64,000 bases of DNA from assembly GCA_964057225.1 (NCBI GenBank), contig OZ059895.1:19158001-19222000 (forward strand), written 5' to 3'. The DNA comes from Auanema rhodensis. Its lineage: Eukaryota; Animalia; Nematoda. The position numbers and the translations under genes were made by a program. How positions within the stretch are numbered: position 1 is the stretch's first letter; each line of letters opens with the position of its first letter. Under the pieces are notes generated by a model. That model saw nothing but the letters and a program-made list of their open reading frames with translations, searched no databases and was not told the DNA's origin. Positions 1 through 14,375 of the stretch are shown piece after piece.

Positions 1-438
1 TGTCGTCTTTTTCCTCTTTATCTTCTATTGTTTCATATTTATTAAGTTTATGTGGACATTTCTCCATAACATAATCGATGCATCCGGATAAACATTTCTC
101 TGAAAAAAGATTGAAAATATAAATTGGCTGCCAAGAATATTCAGTTTATACCTAAAACACGTTCAGTACAGCATAATACTTTCGGTAAAGAATGGCACTC
201 AGGCAATTTTATGTCACCACGAACAATAGGGGATACACATATAATGAGAAGAGATAATGTGAGAACAGTTGAAGACCTGAAAAGAAGTTGAATGAAAAAT
301 GTGATTTTGAGATTGATGATGAAGAGAAAAAAATGATTGTGTGCAATCTATTTTTCTATTTTGTAGAGAGAAAGACTATTCTATATGTGAATAGCATAAA
401 AGGGTTAAGAAAACATTTTGAAACTTACAAATTCAAAT

Positions 439-1666
439 TCATTTTCGTGAGAATAATCCTCCTCCACCAGAGCTGGACGACGTGCAACCACAACCTTTAT
501 TATCGAAGAATCCGGAGTTGGAGAATGAATCGAAGGGGCGGTCCTGAATGTTAAAATAGAAAATTTTTCAGTTTTAATTGAATAGTGTTAAAAGATGGGA
601 GAGCACTGATAGGTCGAATGAAAGATAATTAGGGTAGGAGGTCAACTGAAAGTGAGAACAATAGAATTTGATTTCGTTTTCTCTGCTTATAGCTGATAAT
701 CCTCTGATAATTCATCTTTTAATTAATTAATGATAAAAATTATGTAGCTATTCGGATTATCTTTCTTTGGAACTAGGATATTATGACATGAGAATCATCT
801 CTGCGCAATCACAAAGCAGACTCTCAATAAGCATGTCTTATTTTTTACTCCTCATTTTTGCTTTTATTTCTTATTTTATGTTTAATTATAATATACCAAT
901 CTGTTTTAAGTTTATAATATTTGTTGTAATTTCTTACATTTTGTCTGTTTCCTCCAAATAATCCTCCGTTGCCGTGGTTGTCAAATGAAGCATCACCTCC
1001 TACACCTCCGACTCCGTGAGTTGACCTTAAATATAAGAAATATTAAAAACTTAGCATAGTTACAAAGTTCTTTATGAATGTTTTGAAACAAAAAGATTTT
1101 AATTTAATTTCCCTATGAATGAGTATTGCTAATTAACTTTGCTATTTTGCATCTCTTGATAAATGTTGAAAAAGTCTTTAATATTGCCATTCAAAAATTA
1201 CTTTGAGAATTCACAAAGTAAATTAATTTTCGATAAATATGAACCTTTTCACATCTTTTCTGTTGCATGAACTTCGAGATATGAGAATGAAAAAAAAACT
1301 ATGATTAGCGATAGAACGAGAGAACTTAAGCGAATGAGAAACATGATAGGATCGTTGGAGAGATATATACAATTGCTAATCAAATAGGGATAGAGATTAA
1401 TGACAACCGTTCGTTACGCATTATCGCAATGAAATAAATTCAATTTTCATTTTGTTTAACGACGCTTAAGAACCTAGACGTATGTTTCGAATAAATAGCT
1501 AATATGACTTGTCTTAATTTGTTATATATATATATATATATATATATTAAAAGTGAACTAACCAATTTCCAGATCCAGTACCGACCGCAAATGTGGAGGC
1601 TCCAGTCTGGGGTTGCAAGTCAGATAATGCAAGAGCGGCACGTGGACATGGGCTATCAGGAAGCAT
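439..1666 (-). CDS. Small 3-exon Gly/Ser/Phe-rich protein of unknown function (98 aa)
   Basis: Exons 1666-1563, 1025-938 and 543-439 join in frame through GT..AG sites (gttagt/ttaag, gtaaga/ttcag): MLPDSPCPRAALALSDLQPQTGASTFAVGTGSGNWSTHGVGGVGGDASFDNHGNGGLFGGNRQNDRPFDSFSNSGFFDNKGCGCTSSSSGGGGLFSRK*. The exons are GC-richer than their flanks. Confidence 0.75.
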
Positions 1667-2843
1667 AATGTTTAATTGGATGCAGTAGAATAGCTTATTC
1701 GCTTGTTTGTTTATTTATGATATATTAGCTGATAAGCGTATGCGCCTTCTAGTTCAGCTAGCAGTTGTTTTGGTAACGATTTGAAGTTGATAACGGCGGC
1801 TAAGACGTAGACGATATTCAGCCGACTGCTTGGACTTGGACTGACGGACTGACTGACTGAGTTGTCGGACAATTTGAACTTGTTGACGATTTGTAGAAAG
1901 TAATCAGATAAGAGTAATGTGAGTGTCTTTTTGTGTCTATAATACAGTCAAATAATTTGTTCGTTTCCTTGTTTAGGTGAACCAAGAATAAGGTCAAGGT
2001 ATATCCGCAAACAATGGAATTGTGAATCAGCGATTAAGAAATATGATAAGAGATGTCGAAGAACAAATGAAAACCGATGATTATAATGATCATATTTAAG
2101 CATAAGAAATAATAGAAAAAATCAAATTAGGATTTTAGGTACTTTATCTTCATTGTTTTGAAAACATTAAAACAATTTGTTTTGGGATATGCATGTATGT
2201 AATAAAATGATTAGAAAAATTGGAAAAAAATAAACAAAAAACATAATATTTCAGAATACGATATTAATAGGTAGGTATTATCAATATATCTATATCCACA
2301 TGTATTCAAAAAAACTATACAGTTTAATTTTATAACAAAAATTGAAAAAAAACTTTTCATCCTTAAATGAATAATTTATTATTGAAAATTGAAAAAATCT
2401 GATAAGAAGATGAGGAGGAATAATCTGTTGAAAAATCATTTGAAAACTCTTCTAAGAACCTCAAAGATTCAAAAATAACTCAGAAGATATTTTATTTTTT
2501 TATCAAAGTTATTTTTAATTAAAAATCAAAGTTAAATATATGACAGGGATAAGTGAAGAGATGTGAATAAAGTTGAAAACGAAATTTGATTTATTTCCAA
2601 TTGAACTGTATTCAACTTTCTGCTATTTTGGGAAAATGAAAAATGCAAGCTGAAAGCACAACCTGGGGAATAAGCAAATGAAAAAACGATCAGGAAGATG
2701 TAACAGAAAACTAATACTGAAAAGAATTTCGGAGACAAGAAGTCAATGCTAATGATCAGATTAGCAGTTGATATGAAAGTAGGCATCGTTTATGATTTAG
2801 AGGAGGGAGGAGCTGATGGTGATGCATCTTGGTCTGACTGCCA

Positions 2844-3021
2844 GTCTGAATAGCGATTTCCAAACGGGATTATATAAGCCGATTCGATGGCTAGTCAGCA
2901 TACCGTATTATAGCTAAAGGGTGAGCGGACCGAATGTGTCGAGATCGTCTGGTTTTGCGCCTTCGCTTCTACTCCGCCCCTTCTCCCGCCCACTAGCCGT
3001 GCCATGCACAACGCCCAATCG
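2844..3021 (-). promoter_or_regulatory. Candidate core promoter (TATA, GC boxes, CCAAT) upstream of the small minus-strand gene
   Basis: TTATATAA at 2870-2877, CTCCGCCCC and CCCGCCC at ~2972-2991 and CCAAT at ~3016, in a GC-rich island and ordered as expected for minus-strand transcription. Confidence 0.4.
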
Positions 3022-6000
3022 GCGAAAAGGAACAAGGAATTTGAAATGGAAGAACAAAAAAATTAAAATTAAAATGAAAAAGAAAGTGATTCAATTAATG
3101 AATTATATGTTTATCATCGTAATTTATGACTTTTCACTGGATTTGCAATAATTGTAGAACTACACTAACTTATCTCACGTCGCTCACATAACGGACATAG
3201 CTTCGATGAAATAGTTTAGCCAAGAAACAGTAGTTTCACCAAAAATATAGATATGAGCAAAAGAGATTTTAAAAACTTAAATTTATTTTATATATAATAT
3301 TCAAATATATCTACTAGGTTCATAAGCTGTTTTTTTGGAATTATGATCTCAATTCTATAGGAATAAAGGAGCTTCTTCTCTCCCCTAATATCAAATGAAA
3401 ACGAGAGATCATGAAGAAGTAAAATGAAACACATTGGTCTGGAAGATAAAACCGTTTTTTGGCCGTTTTCTTCTTGGAAAAGAAGTAACTTGGACTAAAA
3501 TAGAGTTGGCAATGAAATATTGAAGGAAAACGAGATGGTATTGTACTTAGATAGTACCTCGTTGACGACAACTCAATGAAGCCGTGTTAGATATCTGAAG
3601 GTCAAGCGGAGAAAGTGTGAAGAACGAAAGAAATATGTTCGAGGTGATGATGACCTAATTAACAGTATAAAATATATATAAAATAATAAAAAAATGAAAA
3701 AATTTTTGTTTTCAAATCAAGAAGCCAGCTAATTTCTTTTTTATCTCCTTTGAACTGCTTAACAGAAGAAGCCGACAAAAAATGTTTAATGGCTGTTGAA
3801 GTGAAGGATATTGTAGGTATACGAACCAGGATTCGAGACTCTACGAGAAATCACTGTAGAAAAAACATATCGAGGGAGAGAAGAATGAACACAATACTAG
3901 GAGGAGAGAATAAGAGAAATAGAGACTAAACTGAAAAATGGAAGTTCTTTTAATAGCGAGACAAAACGATGCTGATGATGCTGATGATGGTGATGATGAT
4001 GATGATGATAGAAACGATGCTGTTAGTCAACGATCAGATTAGGATCTTGCTTAAGTTCTCTTCTCGCTGGTTGCCACCAAGTCTATTCACAGATACGATA
4101 TTTAATCTTAGCGTTCAGAAGAAGAAAAAGAAGAATAAGAATAAGAGAAAGAAGAAGCAAGAAGCAGGAGAAAGAGATGAACAGGAACAGGAAAAAGATC
4201 AAGAAAGCCCTTAATGAAAAGACAATAGGCCAACACATTTAGATATACATACACATGTATGTGATGACTACAGTCAAGGTGCGTTTTCTTTCACCTTAAC
4301 GGAATTTGTTAGATTAATCAGAAATGGAAAGAAAAGAAAGTGTAAAGATCTGATATCTAGCTCCTTTTCAAAAGGAACGTATATTACGATATATAAAATT
4401 CAGGAAAAAAGGAAATGAAAGGCTATGGTGACTGATGCATGAAACGATGAGGAAAAGAAGCCTTTCTCGGATCTCGAGATTGTTCAAGTCATGATCAAGG
4501 TGAAGCTTGAAGATGAACGGATAGGAATAACGTATTTCTTCTCTCTTCTATCTAGCAAAGCTACATCATCATCACTTTGACGTCAATAAATAGAATATAT
4601 CCAAAATATAATATACTCATGATACGAACATATCTGGGATAACTAAAACGCCTGCACAATAGTATATCATAGAAAAATATAAATACAAAAGCAGGACCGT
4701 TATCTGATAGTATAACATAGAATTCGTGGGAGGAGATTATACATGATGTATAGCTATGTCCCCCCCAGCCAAGAAGCTTGAACCCCCCACAATGTCAACA
4801 TGCATCTCTCAAATCTCACAACAGGTAACAACTAGCAGTACACCAACTTTGAGAAACCAGCTTGCTCTGGTTGTTGTTCTCTTTATCTCTTTTGCGCTTT
4901 CTACACGTTTCCATCACTTTCTCCACATGTAAGTTAAGAGAAATTATATCAAAGCCCCCCGAAAAAATGCAGGTAAATGTTGTGGAGAAATAAATGAAAA
5001 GAGTTAACAAGATTTTAGGAATACATGGGGTGCTGAGTCATCACATTATTTGGATTTATCTCGCTCATAAATCATTTATCATCCTATAGCTTTCCATATC
5101 CATGATATGAATGACAACAACGACTACACAATAAGCGTTAAAGCATGATTCAATAAGACATAGTATATAACGAATAGAAAAGAAGATGAAGACGACACTA
5201 AAGCTGTAGAAATTGTGATAAATGCAAATGACATCATATTCAAGAGAGAAAAGCGGATGATCGGCGATCAAATGAATAATAGATGGGCAAAAGCAGCAAC
5301 ATCTTACCAGGTTATGAAAGGAATGCGGATGAACAATAGCCAGCATGTATATGTAGATACTAATACTTATTATATGCATATGACTTTTAAAATAACAAAT
5401 CCAAAATATGAGTATGAAAATGACAAAATTACATTATCATATTGTACAACGGCTTCGAAGTTCATAGTGTTATAACATTGAAAATAAATAAGAAGAAGAA
5501 ACAATTTCAAAACGGCCAAAGTGGAACTTCTTCTAGAAATGACTAAAGGTAATGAGATGACAATATATGTATCTACTATGGCCCTGAGGTGGGAGGAGAG
5601 ACAGATAGATATGGAGATGAAAAGAAATAGAGAGTATGAGAGGATATAGGAGATGAGAGCCATGTGATCGACGTGGCTAAACACAACATGATTCACAAAC
5701 TTACGTGATGATTAACTAGAAGTTTCAAAAGTATTTAATGGGTCAAGGGCTAGCGTATACAGGAGATAGTGTTAGAGGCTAGGAGGAAATGAAGACGTGA
5801 GCTAGCGGCGGATGACGATATTGATGGTGTTGATGATGGTTATCATAACGTTGTAGGAGAGTATAAGGTGCCTCGGGTATTTTTTTGATCGGATCCAATG
5901 ATTTCAAGTCATCTTCTGATTCTCTCCATCAGCCATACTATGCTATAAATCTGACGTCATAAGGCTGAAGAAGATTTGTATTTGTATTGTATGGTGTCAT

Positions 6001-7166
6001 ATGAATATTTCGATAAATGTATATCGACGACGACGTCCATGGTGGTCATGTGTTTTTAATCGTTCCTTATCCTTTTCTTCTTCTTCTCTTTCTTCTTCTT
6101 ATTTGTCTTCTTTTAATTCCTTCTTTTACTTTGCATGTTGTTGTGAAGGCATCTAGAAGCTATCCAGATAAAATTGTTTCAAACTCAACTTATCTCCAGA
6201 CAATTTGACGTTCACGTAGACTGAAATGTGGAAAAGCGGAAACTCTTAAGCTGTTTCAAGCTACTAGACATCTTTCTGTAGCAGATAGCAAGATAATGAC
6301 TCAAACTTATACAGTAACATCGCTGCTCTCCCTAACAAGGGTAGAATACATGAAAAGGAAAAATGAAGACAGAAGCTGATAACTACATAGCTAAATCAGT
6401 TACAGTTTTTACTGTTATAAAGCCTGAAGACATTTTTCCAACTTTCTCGTAGAAATCACATAGGAATCACATTCAAGCAATAAAAGATTCTTGGCTTATA
6501 ATAGCTTTATATTACATTTCTAGTAAAACAATTCATAAATGTTCAAGAAAATGTTGTCAATTCTTTTAAATATGAGTTAGATATACAATCACAACTTATA
6601 TAATAAAGCCTCTACTATATGATATACAATATATACGTATTTATTTATTTAATATTTTCTTTTCTTTTCTTTATCTTCATAGGTATGTGCTAACGGTATG
6701 ATTCTCTTTATTAACATCATCAGATCATCCGACGACGACCAAAGGCGATGAGAACAACCTATGAGGGCTCAGTTTCTTCTTTTTCCCTTTCCGATTGTTT
6801 TACTCTCTTATTGTCGATCCGTCTCTATCCCATTTGCCTGACAAGGAATTCTATTTACATGATTGCCTCGGGAATTACTCCTGAAGGCCAAGGACGATGA
6901 TTTTCGGTTGAGATTCTAGAAAGACGCAATCGGATGGCCGCTTACTGACAGGCGCACCGTCTCCTTGCCTGGTACGACCCCGTGTAAGTTTGGAAGACGA
7001 ACGACGGAAACATAACTGGAGTACCGCCAATCATGCACCTCCAAAATACAATCATGTTATGAAGAAAGAAAATAAAAATATGTTGATAACTAGATGGAAT
7101 GAATAAGTTTCTCACGATTTTGTTTTCAATATAGATATTTCATTATTTTTACAGTCGCCAGTTTGA

Positions 7167-7543
<377 letters not shown>

Positions 7544-7778
7544 AATTTACAGAATACCTCGGTACATCTTTATTTTGAACACAACGACGTGTTTCGTTTA
7601 AAATATAGCTAATGTTATTATTTCTCTTTCTTGCTGTATGTTTCGAGAATTTACAAGGATATTGTTTATAGTACTAATCTGTGCAATCTGAAAAAGAGAC
7701 GAAGAGACATGAACCACAGTGGAGCAAAAATGTGAGTAAATAAGGAGTCAAAACAGGAGAAAAGAGAAAAAATGAATA

Positions 7779-8527
<749 letters not shown>

Positions 8528-9997
8528 AATGGGCTTTCTTTTTATTTTCTATTGAACAAAAATTTCACTAGTTTTTGCTTTTAAATTCACGAGCGAGACG
8601 AAGCTATTCATTTCCTGACATGACCTTTTCAGAAGAAAAATAGTTCAATGTCAAAGGTCAATACCAGGATCTGCTGCCAATGACTATCAGAATAAGAAAG
8701 TGTCTCTAAAATAATAAACAAAATATAGATCACCATGATTGGCTTCAAAAATGTTTTATTTGAATATTTTTAGCAGCCAGGACGAAATGAAACCTCTTGT
8801 TTTTCAGGTTTATTAATATAAATTTATAAGCTGAATTAACGTGAACATTTTCATGGTCGAAAGCAAAGACTAGGAAGTTCTCATTTTCCAGTTATAACAT
8901 ATAATTAGCGTTCAACTTATAGTCATCCTATTCTACAATATACCTTCTTAAACAAGTTAGTGCGAATTGAAAAAATATGTGTAGCGGGGAAGATTTTAAC
9001 GAATCGACTGAAGAAGTGAGTGTGAAGGAGTGAGAGAGAAATTTATTACTAGAATATCTTACAGGTCTATAGCCTGAAACCACCTCGATGCTTGTCGATA
9101 AGGATGTAAACTTGATTTGATATTCTGATAAGGATATCGGAAGTAAACGCGATGAAAGCGAATTGATTTAATGCTCCTTTGGTCGAGGTTTTGGCGAAAA
9201 TGAAAATCCGCATTCTTTGTTCCAGAACGGAAAAGAAAAAGAAAATTAAATGATAAATATCATCAACCATTAACAGAAAAATTATTCTCTGCTCTTTGAA
9301 TTCGAAATGTAGTGCCAATATCAAACATAATCATAATAATGATGTGGAAATTACGGAGGAAATGATAGTTCAGCCCAAAAGATTTTCAAGAACCCCCCCC
9401 CCTTCTCGCAATCACCACAATGGTGAAGCTGCAGATAATAATTCACAAGCATTAGTATTCAGACATTTAATGAATGCTACTGATTCTACCCAGCACAAGC
9501 TTGTACCATACACGACGATCAGCTAGAATCTACATGTTGATCTGCATCTTAACGATCTGTATCTTCTTCAACAGCTTCTATATGCTGATCATCTAGCCTT
9601 TCCTCTCCTCATACAAGAATCACTTCTATCCCCTTCTGTCATTTCTTGTCAACACTTCCCTTGCTTTCCATTCTTCCCATTGAGATGTTCAGCGTAATGA
9701 ATCATAAAAAAATCTCATGAAGAATTGCTATTGAAAAGCTTTGATTCTGTCAGATTTCATTAATCATTAAAAATCGTTCATGATATAGTAATGACAGACA
9801 CAATGCCGATGAGAAAATGGGGAGAGGTAGCTCAGTTCTCCTCTTTTTTCATCATTTATCCTCGAATATCTTGTACAAGTATTATTATACTTATGAAGCA
9901 ACAAAACCTATTTTTTTTATAAAAGCTCTGTAAAGTATCATAAAAAGATAAACTAATACTGATAAAAGATAGAGAGAGTTTGTGTTATTAACAGAAT

Positions 9998-10117
9998 GAA
10001 AGAAAGAGAGAGAAAGAAAGAAAAAAAGAGAGAGAGAAAGAGAGAGCGCAAGAGAGAGAGAGAAAGAAAAGAGAGAGAGAGAGAGTAAGAGAGACAGAGA
10101 GAGAGAGAAAGAGAGGG
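9998..10117 (+). repeat. Degenerate (AG)n microsatellite
   Basis: Purine-rich AG repeat tract. Confidence 0.85.
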
Positions 10118-11186
10118 ATTTATCTGTTCTTTTCCCGTCGAGATTTCATTTGATAAATGATCCGATTCTTTTCAACCAATTCGCTAGCAGCTACCGCTGC
10201 CAGTTAAGAAATTAAATCTCGTTGTTTCGTCGATTTTTAAGTGAAACGATCCGGCTTGCACTCCGACGATCGGTTGTGTCTTTCATACACACATGCATAG
10301 ACTTGATCGATACTCTCTCGCTGACTTGATCTTGACATCAACATTATAGTTACAAAGATATACTGATGTCTATATGAAACACGGTTATGTATAGAATGCT
10401 TAGCTTGGAAAACCAGCAGTACATTCAAGCCCAAGCCAGCTCTAGTCGCAATACTATGGTCGTGGTCATGGCTAGTGCTTGTGGTATACAAAAAAAGAAG
10501 AGGCGAATTACTCTGTTTTCTTCTTATTCTCCATTCCTCTCTTCTTTCTTCCCTCTGACTGTATTTTTCTTAAGTTTATATAAAAATTGGTTATTATAAT
10601 ATCTTAATTTTATTTTTGGATTTCTCAAAAATATCTTCATTTTCTTCACATTTGTCATACGCCTCTAATGGTGTTCGGACTAGAAGCATAACAAAATTAC
10701 GCGGAAAACTGAATTCGCAAATAAGACTCAAACCTACATTCTTTTTCTTTCTAGAAGATCGAGAATAAAAATATTTTACCATTAAATAATTCCAGGACCT
10801 TCGATTGTATCCATGACGATTCTTTTTTTCGTCATTACTGTTGAAACTAATTTAATCCGACTTAAACAGCAATAATTTCAGATATATGATACGCGAAAGA
10901 GTTACCGGTATCAAATATAGAAAAAATGTGTGGTGAGAGCTGATGATAAAACAAACATCGAAACAAAAATAAAATGTTTGAGTTGCGTTCTTTCTATGTA
11001 TGACCATAGTTTATCACATATTTATAACAAATCGAAACTTATCGCATATAACCAAAGAATGAAAAATCCAGCATTTATCATGTTTTTAAAATATTTATAA
11101 TGCAAAAATTGGTAGGAAATGGTAGAAGAGAGAGGTTGAGAGACATACAAAAAACAAAAGTCACATAATTCATATGAAGAAAACAC

Positions 11187-13245
11187 TTACTTAACCAAAG
11201 GACATGCTAAATTAGTTATGCGATTATTCAACCTTGTACTACGTTCAACAGATATAAACTTGTTCCAAGCTAAATTGCTTATTCGGTGATGACCTTCTCT
11301 TGAAAATATGCTCATCTTGATGGCTCCCAGTGCACTCTGGTCGAACCTGAAATATTTAAGTGATTGAGTTTTTATTTTAATAATTTGCTAGTGGGGTAAA
11401 ACGTGAATGTTGATTCCAAAAAGGAAGAAAATATACTAAAGAAAATAACTGTTCTACCTATGGCAATGTCCATATAGATTCATTGGATCTTTCTTAAGAT
11501 TTCTACAACCTTGAGATGCATGCTTGGGAGCCATGCAGTACTGATCCAACGCACACATCAAATACCTGCAGCTTCCAAACGTAATTAATAGGTATAATAA
11601 ACATTAAATAGTCAAGAACCATTTCATCACTTCTTGGCTATGTATTCCACGTCGTACAAACTGTATGCCAGCTGCGTGCATGCGAGTTTTTTTGGCCAAA
11701 TCATTATTTTGGGGAAAGAAAAGATGCATTCCTAGAATATTTCTTAATTATATATATATATGTGTGTGTGCCTAATAGTTACCGGAATGTGTTGCGAAAT
11801 ATTGGCTATGTGTAGTACGTATTGCATTCATAACTTGATCGAGATCATAGGAATGATTTGTTTGAAGGTATTGGTAAAATTCTAATAATTTTGGCAGTTG
11901 ACGGAATCGGACACTGGCATCCACGTACCAATAAACTTTATATGTTTTAAATGCCATCTAAACTATTTTTGTGATATAGTGTAATTGCTAAATATTATAT
12001 ATACGTACAGCATCAATGATTGGTTTAAATGCATAATTATGCAAATGCCGTGTGTGGCTAGGAAATTCGGAAAAGTTCACTTTGTGATAAACTAAATTAC
12101 AAACAGATTTCAGCTCGTTCACCTGAAAGCTTAGTTGTATTATTCATTTAAACTAGAGAAACTGCACGTTGTAAGCTACACTAATATTTTATCGACCGCT
12201 ATCTCAACTTCCTTATTTGGCCACTCATACGTACAACTTTGTTGCACAGCGAAATAAACTTTAATACATTTCGGAGCGTCTCAAAACTTCATTCAAACAT
12301 TTTCTTTTTCTTGGAATAATTATGAAATCTTTGCTGAATCTCGAACTTAAGATGCTCCTAACCTCATGCTGACGTAATCCAACATCATAATATGCGATTG
12401 TATTATTCATTATCGATCTAATTTTCTTAACTGCCAATCGAGATTCAGCAAAATGATTAGAGGATGCATACGTGACAATTACAACCTGGAACGAAAAGCT
12501 ACTATAAAGTATAAGATATAACATAATGGTTTTGGCTTACATTGTTAGCATTGAACATCTTTACTTCTTCAAGTTTTGTTTTGGAATCCAATCCAAATCT
12601 TCGAAGATATGGAACTAATTTACAGTTAAAACGTATGCCTTTTGATGTTTTCTTTCCATCAACATATGATTGAAAGCAAAACTAAAACTTAATTTATTGT
12701 ATAGTATTTTAGAATGTGTCTAATATTATGTTCAGATATCGATACATTATCAGTATATAATTAACAATTATTTTTGAACTCCGAACAATATTGATTGACT
12801 TACTTACATTTTCTCCATCACAGTCACATTCTTCGCTAATTGGTTCATTTTCAGACTCAAAAGAAATATCAGTATAATCTGTGTTAGAAGCTAATACCAT
12901 GTTGTCATTTTCATCAACCTTGACATTATTCTCATTCAAAAAATTTGATTGAGTAATTTTGTTTTCATTTGGCAATTTGTTATAATTATGCGTATTCGTC
13001 ACATTTGAACGAATTATAGTTATATAGTTAGAATCAGTTGGATCTGATGAGGTCGCCGATGATGTTTCTGATGTTATCCATATACCAGCAATCAAGCCTA
13101 AGCCTGGAACAGGTACATGCCGTTATTAAAAAAAACTTTTATATTATATTAGAAAAAGGAGTATTCTGGTGTGAAGAAGCTTACCGAAAAATATCAAGGT
13201 TCGCAGCAGTTTTGAAGTGTGCAATGTAGTGGCACTAGACGTCAT
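11187..13245 (-). CDS. DUF1647-family type II membrane protein
   Basis: Spliced model begins MTSSATTLHTSKLLRTLIFFGLGLIAGIW (signal anchor). It contains VVIVTYASSNHFAE, YYDVGL, YAFKPII, YWYVDASVRF and HCHRFDQSAL, motifs typical of nematode DUF1647 proteins. TAA at 11187-11189. Confidence 0.75.
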
Positions 13246-14375
13246 CCTTTTTATAATGAATATTAGAAATTTGGCTACTTGATTAACATTTGAATTATCC
13301 AAAAGTTAACAACAGGTTCAAAAGAATATGATTAAAATTAAAATGATTTCCGAAATCTAATTGTATGATGTGAAAATAAGTTTAAAATGTGTTTACGTAG
13401 CTGTTGTCGACATGAATTCCAGCACTTTAATCAGTCTTCATTACAATCAAAAAATTGCTTCTTTTCCAATATAAATGAAATATTAATAGTCATATAAATA
13501 TTTTACCAATAGTTGGTGTTATGATTTTATTTCTATTTCGAGGTTTTCTGGCTCTAAGATAGGATATTTACTATTATAATGTAGGATAAATCTCAGTTTT
13601 AGATTTATCATAACTACACATGTATAAATACATAGATATATAAATATATATAAATTTTATGTGAATATAGTTGTGCGATTTCAATGTTTATACAGTTGCA
13701 ACAAGAGATATCTATCCTTTGATGTTTATACTGTCATCTTGCTTTGATTCGGATATTAGAATGATATATGTAGTTAAGCTTTAAAAAGGAAAAAAAACTG
13801 AAATTTAATATGGATACAGTAATTTTTGTCCACGAATACAACGATCAAGATCTTACTATTATTTTCTGGATACAATTCTTTCGTAATTCTTGAAATATGT
13901 GAAGAAAAATGCACATATTTATTTTTTGTCAAACAAAATACCACAAAGATGTGAAGAATTCATCCTTCTTTTTTTTCTATATTGAATTTTATATCACTAT
14001 TCATCAGCAGGAAAAAAAATATATCATCGAGAGTTGTCTGATTGAAGTCTACAACTTCAATACGAACAGTTTTTATTTAGAGTAAAATAGACTAATGCAG
14101 GACAGCCTTGTCCTATTTGCCAAACGTCCAATGATAACCAAAAAGAGTGATTCTGGTAACTGTGTTATATTCGTACTGACATAAATGGCTACTGATATGA
14201 TACTAAATATTAAAAAAATTGTTTGAATAAAAACCAATAAAATAGATATAAACTGAGTTGATAATTAATAGCATATTATAGGTTTAATGAGTGCACCCTA
14301 TTAGCAATATATAGTTCTGTTAGAACAATATATACAAATTTTGAAAACTATATTCAAAGGGTGTAATGTCTGATA

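Noticed and set aside
3969-6208. Short ORFs of the gene-poor region
   Set aside because: Low-complexity or AT-rich chance ORFs with no motifs and no consistent splice chain.
13094-13105. Telomere-like AAGCCTAAGCCT
   Set aside because: Under two repeat units, at the acceptor and start of a DUF1647 exon encoding GLGL.
14040-14280. Possible small minus-strand ORF between mks-6 and the DUF1647 gene
   Set aside because: No convincing start, splice partner or motif; probably UTR or intergenic.
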